From Gemmatimonadota bacterium (GTDB lineage Bacteria; Gemmatimonadota; Gemmatimonadetes; Gemmatimonadales; GWC2-71-9), in the NCBI GenBank assembly GCA_039590195.1, contig JBDHFY010000001.1, positions 1 through 61,092 of the forward strand: 61,092 nt of DNA, given 5' to 3'. The notes under the pieces are model-generated. The model had not been told where the DNA came from. It did no database searches and was given only the letters and a program-made list of their open reading frames with translations. The position numbers and the translations under genes are program-made. Numbering within the stretch: position 1 is the stretch's first letter; each line of letters starts with the position of its first letter. This document shows, in pieces, positions 1-8,839 of the stretch.

Positions 1-1
1 G

Positions 2-103
2 GCCGGGTCGCAGTTCGATCCGGACTGTGTCCAGGTGTTCCTTTCCCTGGTTCGCAATATCACAGCGCTTCCAGCGACCACGGCGACCGGTACCTGCGCT
101 TAA
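2..103 (+). CDS. 3' end of a probable HD-GYP/HD-domain phosphohydrolase (partial, runs off the window start)
   Basis: Frame 2 reads AGSQFDPDCVQVFLSLVRNITALPATTATGTCA*; GxQFDPxxVxxF is the typical C-terminal motif of HD-GYP domains. Not in the ORF track. Confidence 0.6.
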   Translation, partial: AGSQFDPDCVQVFLSLVRNITALPATTATGTCA

Positions 104-187
104 ATTGACTTGCGCGTCGCGGCTCGGCCTGTCACCCGCTGACACCTGAGAATCCACTATCCGAAAGTTCGTCGCCCTTTGCGTTAA

Positions 188-274
188 CGGAGAGGGTGGG
201 ATTCGAACCCACGAGACCCCAAGGGGCCTACCGGTTTTCGAGACCGGCTCCTTCAACCACTCGGACACCTCTCC
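188..274 (-). tRNA. tRNA-Ser (anticodon CGA), CCA end not encoded
   Basis: Reverse complement GGAGAGGTGTCCGAGTGGTTGAAGGAGCCGGTCTCGAAAACCGGTAGGCCCCTTGGGGTCTCGTGGGTTCGAATCCCACCCTCTCCG: 7-bp acceptor stem, CCGGT/ACCGG anticodon stem with CT-CGA-AA loop, long variable arm, GTTCGAATC T-loop, discriminator G. Confidence 0.97.
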
Positions 275-327
275 CAAAAGAAGTCCATGCATAATAGAGT
301 GGAACTGAGCCTCTTTCCAGACCTGCG

Positions 328-1266
328 ATGACTGGTGATATCCTGATTGCCGAGGAACTCAAAGACCTGTTGGAACTTCACGTTCTGACGGGCCACGACG
401 TCGAGTGGATCGCTGCAGGCGAGCCTACTCCTTCGGGGTCGTTTCGTGCGCTGATCCCGCTGCTGTCTCGCAAGATCGGCGCTGCGGAGTTGGATGGACT
501 CCCCAAACTCGCTATCGTTGCCAACTGTGCCGTCGGCTTCGACAACATCGATCTCGCAGCGGCCGCGACGCGAGGTGTGTTTGTTACCAACACTCCCCAC
601 GTACTTACGGAATCGACCGCCGATCTCACGTGGACGCTCATTTTGGCTGCAGCACGTCGCACGAAAGAAGGTCAGCGACTGCTGGAGGAAGGGGAATGGG
701 GTGGCTGGGATCCCACGCAGCTTCTTGGCTTGGAGTTGCACGGGCGAACAGTCGGCATCATCGGTGCTGGGCAGATCGGTCAGGCCGTAGGCCGGCGTGC
801 CGTGGGCTTTGGGATGCGTATCCTTTATATGGACGAGTTCCCAAGACCGGAGTTCGAGAGCGAGACGCGGGCACAGCGAGTCGAGCTACACACGCTGTTG
901 TCTCAGGCCGACGTCGTGACCATTCACGTGCCGCTCACGACGGCGACAGAGGGGATGATCGGACGCGCGCAGTTGCTGCAGATGAAGCAGGAAGCCGTTC
1001 TGGTCAACACGGCCAGGGGTGGCATCGTAGACGAGTCGGCTCTGTTGGAGGCGCTCGACAGAGGAGGTCTGATGGCGGCCGGATTGGACGTCTTCGTGGG
1101 AGAACCGGCTGTCAATCCGGTCTTGGTGAGGCACCCCCGGGTCACCTGCCTGCCCCATCTTGGCAGCGCCACGTGGGACACGCGCCGCGCCATGGCCAAT
1201 CTGGCGGCGCAGAACGTCCAGGCGGTCCTGGCGGGGGACCCACCTCTGACCCCTGTGAGTCGTTGA
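328..1266 (+). CDS. D-isomer-specific 2-hydroxyacid dehydrogenase (glyoxylate/hydroxypyruvate reductase-like)
   Basis: VGFDNID, GIIGAGQIG NAD-binding motif, NTARGGIVDE, GLDVF..EP, LPHLGSAT. Confidence 0.92.
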   Translation: MTGDILIAEELKDLLELHVLTGHDVEWIAAGEPTPSGSFRALIPLLSRKIGAAELDGLPKLAIVANCAVGFDNIDLAAAATRGVFVTNTPHVLTESTADLTWTLILAAARRTKEGQRLLEEGEWGGWDPTQLLGLELHGRTVGIIGAGQIGQAVGRRAVGFGMRILYMDEFPRPEFESETRAQRVELHTLLSQADVVTIHVPLTTATEGMIGRAQLLQMKQEAVLVNTARGGIVDESALLEALDRGGLMAAGLDVFVGEPAVNPVLVRHPRVTCLPHLGSATWDTRRAMANLAAQNVQAVLAGDPPLTPVSR

Positions 1267-1301
1267 CGCCAACTTCCAGGTTGCCTAACTTCCTGCACGA
1301 C

Positions 1302-1886
1302 ATGAACTTCCCTGGCGATCGCGTGGCTCTGCTCGACGCTCGTGACATCTCGCGGGCGCTTCAGCGACTTGCCCAAGACATCGTCGAGTTCGCTCACGGC
1401 AAAGACCGTCTGGTGCTGGTGGGCATCCAGCGCAGGGGCGTCCAGTTGGCGGAACGCTTGGGGACCATCATTGGGGAACGGGAGGGCCTCGAAGTACCAC
1501 GGGGCGCCCTCGATATCACCCTCTACCGGGACGATCTCCAGACCATAGGGCCCCGACCCGTCGTGCGGGCCACCCACCTGCCGGTTGATTTGACCGACCG
1601 GTACGTGGTCATCGTGGACGACGTCTTGTACACGGGCCGCACGATCCGGGCGGCGCTCCATGAGCTTCTCGACTTTGGCCGGCCGAGCCGGATCGGACTC
1701 TGCGTTCTCGTTGACCGCGGAGGCAGGGAGCTTCCCATCCAGGCAGACATCGTGGCAGAGCACGTGGAGGCTGAAAAAGGCGATCGTGTGGACGTTCTCC
1801 TCGAGGAGGTGGATGGTCGCGACGCGGTCGAACTGGCCAGGAGGCGAGACTCCGGAGAAGGCCAAGGAGGTGGCGAGTGGGAGTGA
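1302..1886 (+). CDS. pyrR: Bifunctional pyr operon regulator / uracil phosphoribosyltransferase PyrR
   Basis: C-terminal part of ORF 405..1886: [40 protein letters not shown]; ATG at 1302; directly upstream of pyrB. Confidence 0.95.
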   Translation: MNFPGDRVALLDARDISRALQRLAQDIVEFAHGKDRLVLVGIQRRGVQLAERLGTIIGEREGLEVPRGALDITLYRDDLQTIGPRPVVRATHLPVDLTDRYVVIVDDVLYTGRTIRAALHELLDFGRPSRIGLCVLVDRGGRELPIQADIVAEHVEAEKGDRVDVLLEEVDGRDAVELARRRDSGEGQGGGEWE

Positions 1887-2884
1887 GCAACCTTTCCCTG
1901 GGGAAGGATCTCCTCGGCCTCGAACGCCTCACCCGCGACCAGATCTGGATGATTCTCGACACCGCGGAACCATTCAAGGAAGTGAGTGAGCGAGCCATCA
2001 AGAAAGTGCCGGTCCTGCGGGGAAAGACGATCGTCAACCTCTTCTTCGAGGCATCGACGCGCACCAAGATCTCCTTCGAGTTCGCCGAGAAACGACTTTC
2101 AGCCGACACGGTCAACGTGACGGCCGCCGGGTCGTCGGTGGAGAAGGGGGAGAATCTGGTGGACACAGCAAGGAATCTGGAGGCGATGCGAATCGACATG
2201 GTGGTTATCCGCCATCCCTCCTCAGGCGCCGCCCAATTTCTTGCCGATCGGATTCCTTCGAACGTCATCAACGCGGGCGACGGATGGCACGAGCACCCAA
2301 CGCAGGCCCTGCTCGACCTGCTGACCATCCGTGACAATCTCGGGAAAGTGGAGGGAGCACGGGTGTGCATCTGCGGGGACATCCTCCACAGTCGTGTCGC
2401 CCGCAGCAACATCTGGGGACTCCTCAAGCTCGGAGCTGAGGTCGCCGTGTGCGGTCCACGCTCGCTGATGCCGCGTGGGATCGAGGAGCTGGGGGTCCGC
2501 GTCTTCGGCCATGTGGAAGACGCCATCGAGTGGGCCGATGTGCTCAACGTGCTTCGGCTTCAATTGGAGCGGATGCGTGCGGGTTACATCCCCTCCGTCG
2601 GTGAATTCAACCGTGTCTTCGGGGTTACCCAAGAGCGCCTCGACCGCGCTCCGAAGGAGCTTCTGATCCTTCACCCGGGGCCCATGAATCGGGGTGTGGA
2701 GATCGATTCCAGGGTGGCCGACGGACCCCACAGTGTGATCCTCCAGCAGGTGACCAATGGCATCGCCGTGCGGATGGCCGTGTTGTACCTCCTCGCCGGT
2801 GGGCGAGCGGAACTTGCCGCCTCGGCCAAGGAGAAACCCTCGCCCGCCGAGGAGCGGGTCGCAGCCGGGCGGGTGAGAGAATGA
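1877..2884 (+). CDS. pyrB: Aspartate carbamoyltransferase catalytic subunit
   Basis: [36 protein letters not shown]. Start may be GTG 1883. Confidence 0.97.
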   Translation: MGVSNLSLGKDLLGLERLTRDQIWMILDTAEPFKEVSERAIKKVPVLRGKTIVNLFFEASTRTKISFEFAEKRLSADTVNVTAAGSSVEKGENLVDTARNLEAMRIDMVVIRHPSSGAAQFLADRIPSNVINAGDGWHEHPTQALLDLLTIRDNLGKVEGARVCICGDILHSRVARSNIWGLLKLGAEVAVCGPRSLMPRGIEELGVRVFGHVEDAIEWADVLNVLRLQLERMRAGYIPSVGEFNRVFGVTQERLDRAPKELLILHPGPMNRGVEIDSRVADGPHSVILQQVTNGIAVRMAVLYLLAGGRAELAASAKEKPSPAEERVAAGRVRE

Positions 2885-4194
2885 GGCCTCTCTTGCTCCA
2901 GGGCGGGCGGGTCGTCGATCCATCCCAGGACCTCGACCAGATCTGTGACCTGTTGATCCAAGACGGCAAGGTGGTTGCCACTGACCGGGGCCTGGGGGTC
3001 CCGGATGGAGCCGATGTGGAAGACGTGGGAGGGAAGATCGTGGCGCCAGGACTCATCGATGTGCACGTGCACTTTCGTGAGCCGGGGAGGGAGGAGGCGG
3101 AGACCGTGGCTACGGGAGCCCGAGCGGCGGCGGCCGGCGGGTTTACCGGGGTTTGCATGATGCCGAACACGGACCCCGTGACGGACAACCGGGCTGCGGT
3201 TGGGTTCATTGTCAAACAGGGCGCCGCCGCTCAGAGCGCACGGGTCTACCCCATCGGGGCCGTTTCCCTTGGACAGCGGGGAGAACAGCTTGCTGAGTTC
3301 GGGGAGCTGGTGTCGGCGGGAGCGGTGGCCGTGAGCGACGACGGGCACCCGGTGGCATCCAGCCATCTGATGAGAACTGCCCTCGAATACGCGCAGACGT
3401 TCGGGATCCCGGTTGCCGATCACTGTGAAGACCCTTCATTGGCCAGAGGTGTCATGCATGAGGGGGTCGTCTCCACCAGGCTGGGCCTCAAGGGAATACC
3501 CGCCGCGGCAGAGGAAGTCATGGTGGCTCGGGACATCATATTGGCGGAGCTGACGGGAGGGCACGTGCACCTGTGCCACATGTCCACCGCCGGCTCTGTA
3601 GACCTCATCCGTCGCGGGAAGGAACGTGGGGTCAACGTCACTGCGGAAGTCACACCCCATCATCTGACCCTCACTCACGACGCCTGTGACGGCTACGATA
3701 CGAACGCGAAGATGAATCCTCCGCTGCGTGAGGCCAGCGATGTCGGGGCGCTCCGTCAGGGCCTCAAGGACGGCACGATCGACGTGATCGCCACGGACCA
3801 CGCTCCCCACCACTACGAGTCCAAGGAACGCGATTTCGATGATGCCCCATTCGGGATCATCGGTCTCGAGACGGCACTGCCCCTCGGTCTGACCGACCTC
3901 GTTGGTGTGGCGGCCGGCAACGGGGGCGGAGCGAACGGCTTGCTCAGCTTGCCCCAGCTCATCCGTCGCATGAGCACGGAGCCCGCTCGCATCTTTCATC
4001 TGGAGGGAGGGAGCCTGGCGAAGGGTAAGGTCGCCGATGTGGTCGTGATCGATCCTGAGAGCGCGTGGATCGTCGATCCGACGTCCTTTGTTTCGAAGAG
4101 CCGGAACATGCCCTTCGCCGACCGCGAACTCTTCGGCGCCGTGGACCGGACCGTTGTCGGGGGAAGAACGGTATTTCGGCGTGGAGCCGGATGA
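2881..4194 (+). CDS. pyrC: Dihydroorotase
   Basis: [47 protein letters not shown]. Confidence 0.96.
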   Translation: MRPLLLQGGRVVDPSQDLDQICDLLIQDGKVVATDRGLGVPDGADVEDVGGKIVAPGLIDVHVHFREPGREEAETVATGARAAAAGGFTGVCMMPNTDPVTDNRAAVGFIVKQGAAAQSARVYPIGAVSLGQRGEQLAEFGELVSAGAVAVSDDGHPVASSHLMRTALEYAQTFGIPVADHCEDPSLARGVMHEGVVSTRLGLKGIPAAAEEVMVARDIILAELTGGHVHLCHMSTAGSVDLIRRGKERGVNVTAEVTPHHLTLTHDACDGYDTNAKMNPPLREASDVGALRQGLKDGTIDVIATDHAPHHYESKERDFDDAPFGIIGLETALPLGLTDLVGVAAGNGGGANGLLSLPQLIRRMSTEPARIFHLEGGSLAKGKVADVVVIDPESAWIVDPTSFVSKSRNMPFADRELFGAVDRTVVGGRTVFRRGAG

Positions 4195-4868
4195 TGCAGC
4201 GCGAAGCCGCCCGACGCATCGCCCATTACTGCAAACGACTAGCTGATCTCGGGTTGAGCGCCGGGGCCGATGGCAACATTGCCGTGCGCGTGGCACCGGA
4301 GAGGGCTTTGGTGACCCCGGCCGGCTTGCTCAAGGCCGAGCTCACCGCGGATGACATCGTCGAGGTGGACCTGAGCGGCCGTCGTCTCAGAGGTGGCCGG
4401 AAGCCCTCGTCAGAGCTCGACATGCACCTACGTATCCTTCGCGCCCGTCAGGATGTTGGAGCCGTAGTACACGCCCACCCACCGGTGGCCACCGGATTCA
4501 GCGTTGCCGGGGAGGCCTTTGACGACTGCGTGCTACCCGAGCTGATTTTCCAGGTCGGCTGGGTCCCTGTCGTCCCTTATGGCACACCGGGTACTCCGGA
4601 GCTGGGTGAGCGGATCGAGCCCTATCTGAGCAACCACGACGCCCTGCTCCTGGAAAACCACGGGGCGGTCACCATGGGCCCCACCCTGGAGGACGCCGTG
4701 ATTCGGATGGAGAGCTTCGAGCACGCTGCCAAGATTCTCCTCACGGCGCGTCTCCTGGGCCGCGTGAACCCGCTGACGGGTGCTGACGTCGCACGGTTGG
4801 AGGAGCTGCGCCGATCCCGTGATCTTCCGGGGGCTTACCCCGGGTGTCCTGTGCCGGGCCAGGAGTGA
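4191..4868 (+). CDS. Class II aldolase/adducin family protein
   Basis: DGNIAVR, TPAG, KPSSELDMH, VVHAHPP, LLENHG metal ligands; ATG overlaps the pyrC stop. Confidence 0.9.
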   Translation: MMQREAARRIAHYCKRLADLGLSAGADGNIAVRVAPERALVTPAGLLKAELTADDIVEVDLSGRRLRGGRKPSSELDMHLRILRARQDVGAVVHAHPPVATGFSVAGEAFDDCVLPELIFQVGWVPVVPYGTPGTPELGERIEPYLSNHDALLLENHGAVTMGPTLEDAVIRMESFEHAAKILLTARLLGRVNPLTGADVARLEELRRSRDLPGAYPGCPVPGQE

Positions 4869-5737
4869 TGGTGGCAAAGCGTTCGTCCAAGTCGACCGAC
4901 GCCATCCAGCGCCTGCTGGATGAGCGGGCCCAGATCGTGGATTGGCTGGACCGCCTGGCGAGTGGGTCGGATAGCACGCCGGCGCACATTCGGGAGAAGG
5001 TGCGCGGCGACTATCAGGTCCGACTGGACGAGATCCTGGAGAACCTCAGGGAACACAGCTCCAAACTGCAGGAGGCGCTGGAGACTCAGGAGGACCAGTT
5101 GGAGGCGCTGGCCGCCAAAGTCAGTGCCGAGGAGGAGCGATTGGCCGAGGCCGAGCTGCGACACTCGGTGGGCGAGTACGACAAAGAGAAATGGTCCGAG
5201 ATCCGGTCTGAGATTCGAGGGACTCTGGCCAAGAACAAGGCGAAGATGAAGGTGGCCGAGAAGGAGATCGCGCGTCTCGAGGAGGCGCGGGCGCTAATGG
5301 AGGGGTCGGAGGAAGCCGAGGAGTACGAGGAGGAGTCCCCGGAGGAGCTGGAGCCGGTGGACTCTTACTCCGAGGAGGACGAGCCGGAGGAGGGCGAGGA
5401 CGTCGCCCCCGAGGATCTGGCACCGGAAGAGGAATCTGCGGAGCGTGGGGAGCCCCAGCTATCCAACAAGCAGGAGAAGGTCGATGAGCTGGCCTTTCTC
5501 AAATCCGTGACGGAGGACGAATCACACGGTCCACAGGCGTCGAGGGCCAGCGCCGGTTTTCTGTCACCGGAGGCGGAATCCCCAAGCCCGCCGTCGCCAG
5601 GCAATGCCAAAAGCGAGACAAAGGCCCGAGGCCGGTCCAGCGGCGAAAAGACCCTGAAGTGCGAGGAATGCGAGACGTTGAACAAGCCAACGGAGTGGTA
5701 TTGCGAGCGATGCGGCGCCGAACTCACGTCGCTCTAG
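4868..5737 (+). CDS. Coiled-coil / acidic protein with C-terminal C4 zinc ribbon
   Basis: Heptad-rich N-terminal half, Glu-rich linker, terminal CEECETLNKPTEWYCERCG. Confidence 0.8.
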   Translation: MVAKRSSKSTDAIQRLLDERAQIVDWLDRLASGSDSTPAHIREKVRGDYQVRLDEILENLREHSSKLQEALETQEDQLEALAAKVSAEEERLAEAELRHSVGEYDKEKWSEIRSEIRGTLAKNKAKMKVAEKEIARLEEARALMEGSEEAEEYEEESPEELEPVDSYSEEDEPEEGEDVAPEDLAPEEESAERGEPQLSNKQEKVDELAFLKSVTEDESHGPQASRASAGFLSPEAESPSPPSPGNAKSETKARGRSSGEKTLKCEECETLNKPTEWYCERCGAELTSL

Positions 5738-5741
5738 GGAA

Positions 5742-5996
5742 CTAGCTCTTGGCTTGGATGACCTTCTGAAGGCGAGATTTGGCCCGCGCGGCGAGGTTCG
5801 GGTGGATGAGGTGATTCCGGGCCGCGCGATCCAACAGCTGCTCGACGGCTCGATACGCTTCGCGCGCCTGCTCGGGGGTCTCGGCGCCTCGAACGTTCTT
5901 GATGGCCGTGCGGAGCGCGGATCGCTTTCCCCGGTTCAGAGTGCGTCGCCTTTCTGCCTGGCGGTTGCGTTTTTTCGCAGTTGCGGTGTTGGGCAC
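5742..5996 (-). CDS. rpsT: 30S ribosomal protein S20
   Basis: MPNTATAKKRNRQAERRRTLNRGKRSALRTAIK...LIHPNLAARAKSRL; GAGGAG RBS before GTG. Confidence 0.96.
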   Translation of the reverse strand: MPNTATAKKRNRQAERRRTLNRGKRSALRTAIKNVRGAETPEQAREAYRAVEQLLDRAARNHLIHPNLAARAKSRLQKVIQAKS

Positions 5997-6045
5997 GCAG
6001 ACTCCTCAATGGCCCCGCGAAAGGCCGTGAAAAAATTAGCCCCGA

Positions 6046-6074
6046 AGTGTATCCCGTAAGTGCTGGTGGGTCAA
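6046..6074 (-). promoter_or_regulatory. Sigma70-type promoter for rpsT
   Basis: Minus strand TTGACC (6074-6069) - 17 nt - TACACT (6051-6046). Confidence 0.6.
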
Positions 6075-6087
6075 GGCAATGCCTTCT

Positions 6088-6116
6088 TTGACACGGTTTC
6101 GGACCACCGTTACCTT
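6088..6116 (+). promoter_or_regulatory. Sigma70-type promoter for the protease-scpAB-rluB run
   Basis: TTGACA (6088-6093) - 17 nt - TACCTT (6111-6116), divergent from the rpsT promoter. Confidence 0.6.
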
Positions 6117-6154
6117 TCCGCCTCGTTTCGGCCGGTTTCGACTACATTTCCAAC

Positions 6155-6825
6155 GTGCAGATCGCGGAATTCCTTCTCGCACTCCCGGTGCTCCTTTTCT
6201 CTATGGTGGCGCACGAGTACGCTCACGGCTAGGGGATAACACGGCGCTGATGCTGGGTCGACTGACGCTCAATCCCGTCAAGCACATCGATCCATGGCTC
6301 AGTATAGTCTTCCCGCTGATGCTTTGGTTCGGGACGGCGGGGCGCTTCGTTTTCGGTGGGGCAAAGCCCGTTCCCGTGAACCCCCGCAACTACCGTAACT
6401 ACCGGCGGGGAGACATCATTGTGTCGTCGGCCGGTGTGGTGGTGAATATGGGTCTGTTCGTGGCGTGCACAGTGCTTGCCGTTGCCACGGGCATCGTGGG
6501 ACAGTCGCTGCCCTTGACCGCACCAGTCATGGGGTTGCTGCAGCGGATGATGGTCTGGGGAGTGTGGCTCAATCTCCTGCTGGCGAACTTCAACCTCATC
6601 CCGATCCCGCCGCTGGATGGGTCTCACATTCTCTACCATATGCTGCCGCGCCACATTGGAGCTCGGTTTCGGGAGTTATCGCGCTACGGCTTTCTCATTC
6701 TGCTGGCGTTGCTCATTTTCGTTCAGTCGCTGTTTGTGTTGCTTCTCTTGCCGGCGATCCTTCTGTTTCGGCTAGCGGCGTCCCTGATTTCACCGTTCGC
6801 GCTGCAACCGCTGTTGTTCTCCTGA
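6155..6825 (+). pseudogene. Site-2 protease (M50 family), frameshifted just after HExxH; pseudogene or assembly error
   Basis: GTG 6155 frame gives MQIAEFLLALPVLLFSMVAHEYAHG then TAG 6230-6232; the rest (GDNTALMLGRLTLNP...NLIPIPPLDGSH) is in the frame of ORF 6079..6825. Confidence 0.85.
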
Positions 6826-6826
6826 G

Positions 6827-7594
6827 ATGACCCAGCCTCCGCTTCAATCGTTCCCTGCGTCCGCCGATGCGCAAAGCGCGCTGGCCGATGCGGCATTCGT
6901 GGTGGAGCTGGAGTCGTTCTCCGGTCCTCTGGACCTGCTGCTGCACCTCATTCGGGAGCAGGAGATCGACATCGCCGATATTCCCATTGCCCGGATCGCC
7001 GACCAGTTCTTGCAGGTCATCGAGGAACTTGGTCTCAATCAGGCCGCTGAGTACTTGGAGATGGCGGCGCGCCTGTTGCGTATCAAAATCCAGATGCTGC
7101 TGCCCCGATCGGCGGATGGGGACGAATGGGAAGATCCAAGGGCGGAGCTGGTCCGGAGGCTCTTGGAGTACGAGCAGATTCGTGAAGTCGCCCAGTGGCT
7201 GGTGGAAAGGGCGTCGGACCGCGCGGCCCGGTTCCACCGGGGTTGGGTACCGGAGCCCGCCGAACGGCCACCACCCGAGGTCGTGATAGACCTGGATTCG
7301 ATCCTCGAGGCGGCAGAGCGTGTGGTCGAGGGTATGCCACAGCCGATCATCCACCGGGCGGTCCCGCGACCGCTCGACGTGGAAGGGGCCACGCGGCGCA
7401 TCGAAGCCCTGCTGGTCGAACATGACCGTATCGATTTTCGGCTGATTGTGGGGGAACGAGCCCATGTCGCCGATATCATTTCGGCCCTGATCGCTGTTCT
7501 GGAGATGGCGCGGTTGGGGATGATCGCACTCATTCAAACAAGGCCATTTGGCTCTTTCACGGTTGCCAATGAATCAGCTGACCGGACTGCTTGA
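6827..7594 (+). CDS. scpA: Segregation/condensation protein A
   Basis: FSGPLDLLLHLI, AAEYLEMAARLLRIK, DPRAELVRRLLEY. Confidence 0.95.
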   Translation: MTQPPLQSFPASADAQSALADAAFVVELESFSGPLDLLLHLIREQEIDIADIPIARIADQFLQVIEELGLNQAAEYLEMAARLLRIKIQMLLPRSADGDEWEDPRAELVRRLLEYEQIREVAQWLVERASDRAARFHRGWVPEPAERPPPEVVIDLDSILEAAERVVEGMPQPIIHRAVPRPLDVEGATRRIEALLVEHDRIDFRLIVGERAHVADIISALIAVLEMARLGMIALIQTRPFGSFTVANESADRTA

Positions 7595-8117
7595 GGCGGC
7601 CTTCTTTTCGGCGCCCCGTCCCCTGAGTTTGGGTGAGCTGCGCGTGCTCGAGCCGGAGGCAAGTGACGAGGACCTCCGCCGGGCCCTTGACGAGTTGCGT
7701 GATTTCTACGACTCCGGGGGTCGGGGAGTGCAGCTGGTGGAGCTAGCGGACGGATTCCAAGTGCTTACGCGAAGAGAGTACGCGGAGGCGATTGCGGAGG
7801 CGAGGATCGTTCACCGCCCACGGAAGCTCTCCGCGGCGGCGATCGAGACGCTAGCTATCATTGCGTACCGCCAGCCCGTAGGTCGAGCAGAGATCGAAGA
7901 AATCCGTGGCGTTTCCGCCGATGGTGTTGTTCGCTCTCTTCAGGACCGCGGTTTCATCGATGTAGTTGGTCGTGGGGAGGGATTAGGCCGGCCCCTGTTG
8001 TACGGCACGACGCCGTACTTACTCGAGATGTTGGGTCTGAAGGGCCTTTCGGAGCTTCCCAGGCTCGACGAACTCTCCGTTGCCCTCCGGCCCCTTGCGG
8101 ACCTACCGGAAGGGTGA
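7569..8117 (+). CDS. scpB: SMC-Scp complex subunit ScpB
   Basis: LSAAAIETLAIIAYRQPV, IEEIRGV, GRPLLYGTT. Confidence 0.95.
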   Translation: MNQLTGLLEAAFFSAPRPLSLGELRVLEPEASDEDLRRALDELRDFYDSGGRGVQLVELADGFQVLTRREYAEAIAEARIVHRPRKLSAAAIETLAIIAYRQPVGRAEIEEIRGVSADGVVRSLQDRGFIDVVGRGEGLGRPLLYGTTPYLLEMLGLKGLSELPRLDELSVALRPLADLPEG

Positions 8118-8833
8118 CGTCGATGCGGCTGCAGCGGGCGCTGGCGCGGGCCGGTGTGGCGTCCCGCCGCCGCGCAGAGGACATGATTCGGGCGGGGCGC
8201 GTCCGGGTCAACGGTGAGGTGGCCGAACTTGGGCTGACGGTTGATCCCGAGTGCGATGCCATCACGGTGGGTCGGAGGCGGGTTCGAATCTCCGATGCGG
8301 TGTGGCTCGCGCTCAACAAGCCGGTGGGTTATGTGGTGTCACGCCGGGACGAGAAAAAACGGTCCACGGTTTTCGAACTCGTCCCAGACATACCGGGTCT
8401 TACGTATGTGGGTCGGCTGGACATGATGACGGCCGGCCTTCTCCTCTTGACCACCGACGGTGTCGCCGCTCACCGGCTGACCCATCCGAGTTTCGCGGTC
8501 GAGCGGACGTACCGGGCCATCGTGCACGGGCGGCCGGCCCGGGACATTCGGCGGGCGTTGTCGCAGCCCATCGTCATCGACCGGCGCCCCGTGAAGATCC
8601 CGCAATACCGAGTTCGCGAACGGCCCGGTGGGAGTAGCGATCTCACGCTGGTGCTCACGGAGGGCCGGTATCGGATCGTGCGGCGGGTTTGCGACGTACT
8701 GCGGGTGAAGGTAGAGCAGCTCGTGCGCTTGAGCCACGGACCGGTGCGCCTCGACCGGCTTGCTCCGGGTCGCTGGCGGCATCTCACGGCGTCCGAAAAA
8801 CGCTCCCTGAACCGGGCGTGTGTCGGACAGTGA
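8114..8833 (+). CDS. rluB: rRNA pseudouridine synthase (RluB/RsuA family)
   Basis: S4 domain RLQRALARAGVASRR, LNKPVG, VGRLD catalytic Asp, LTEGR; follows scpAB. Confidence 0.85.
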   Translation: MTSMRLQRALARAGVASRRRAEDMIRAGRVRVNGEVAELGLTVDPECDAITVGRRRVRISDAVWLALNKPVGYVVSRRDEKKRSTVFELVPDIPGLTYVGRLDMMTAGLLLLTTDGVAAHRLTHPSFAVERTYRAIVHGRPARDIRRALSQPIVIDRRPVKIPQYRVRERPGGSSDLTLVLTEGRYRIVRRVCDVLRVKVEQLVRLSHGPVRLDRLAPGRWRHLTASEKRSLNRACVGQ

Positions 8834-8839
8834 CCATCA

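Noticed and set aside
104-187. Integration site at the 3' end of tRNA-Ser
   Set aside because: No duplicated tRNA 3' end or integrase in the window; sequence beyond the left edge cannot be assessed.
405-1301. 493-aa ORF 405..1886 suggesting a long N-terminal extension on PyrR
   Set aside because: The first 299 codons are an off-frame overlap of the dehydrogenase with Arg-rich nonsense composition; PyrR similarity starts at ATG 1302.
1267-1301. PyrR-binding attenuator upstream of pyrR
   Set aside because: Only 35 nt of spacer, with no recognisable PyrR binding loop or terminator/antiterminator.
5290-5450. GAG-rich repetitive DNA
   Set aside because: Simply encodes the Glu-rich linker; no regular repeat unit or spacers, so not a CRISPR or tandem array.
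6079-6232. Track N-terminus MPSLTRFRTT... of the site-2 protease
   Set aside because: Covers the promoter and is off-frame relative to the real HExxH-containing N-terminus.
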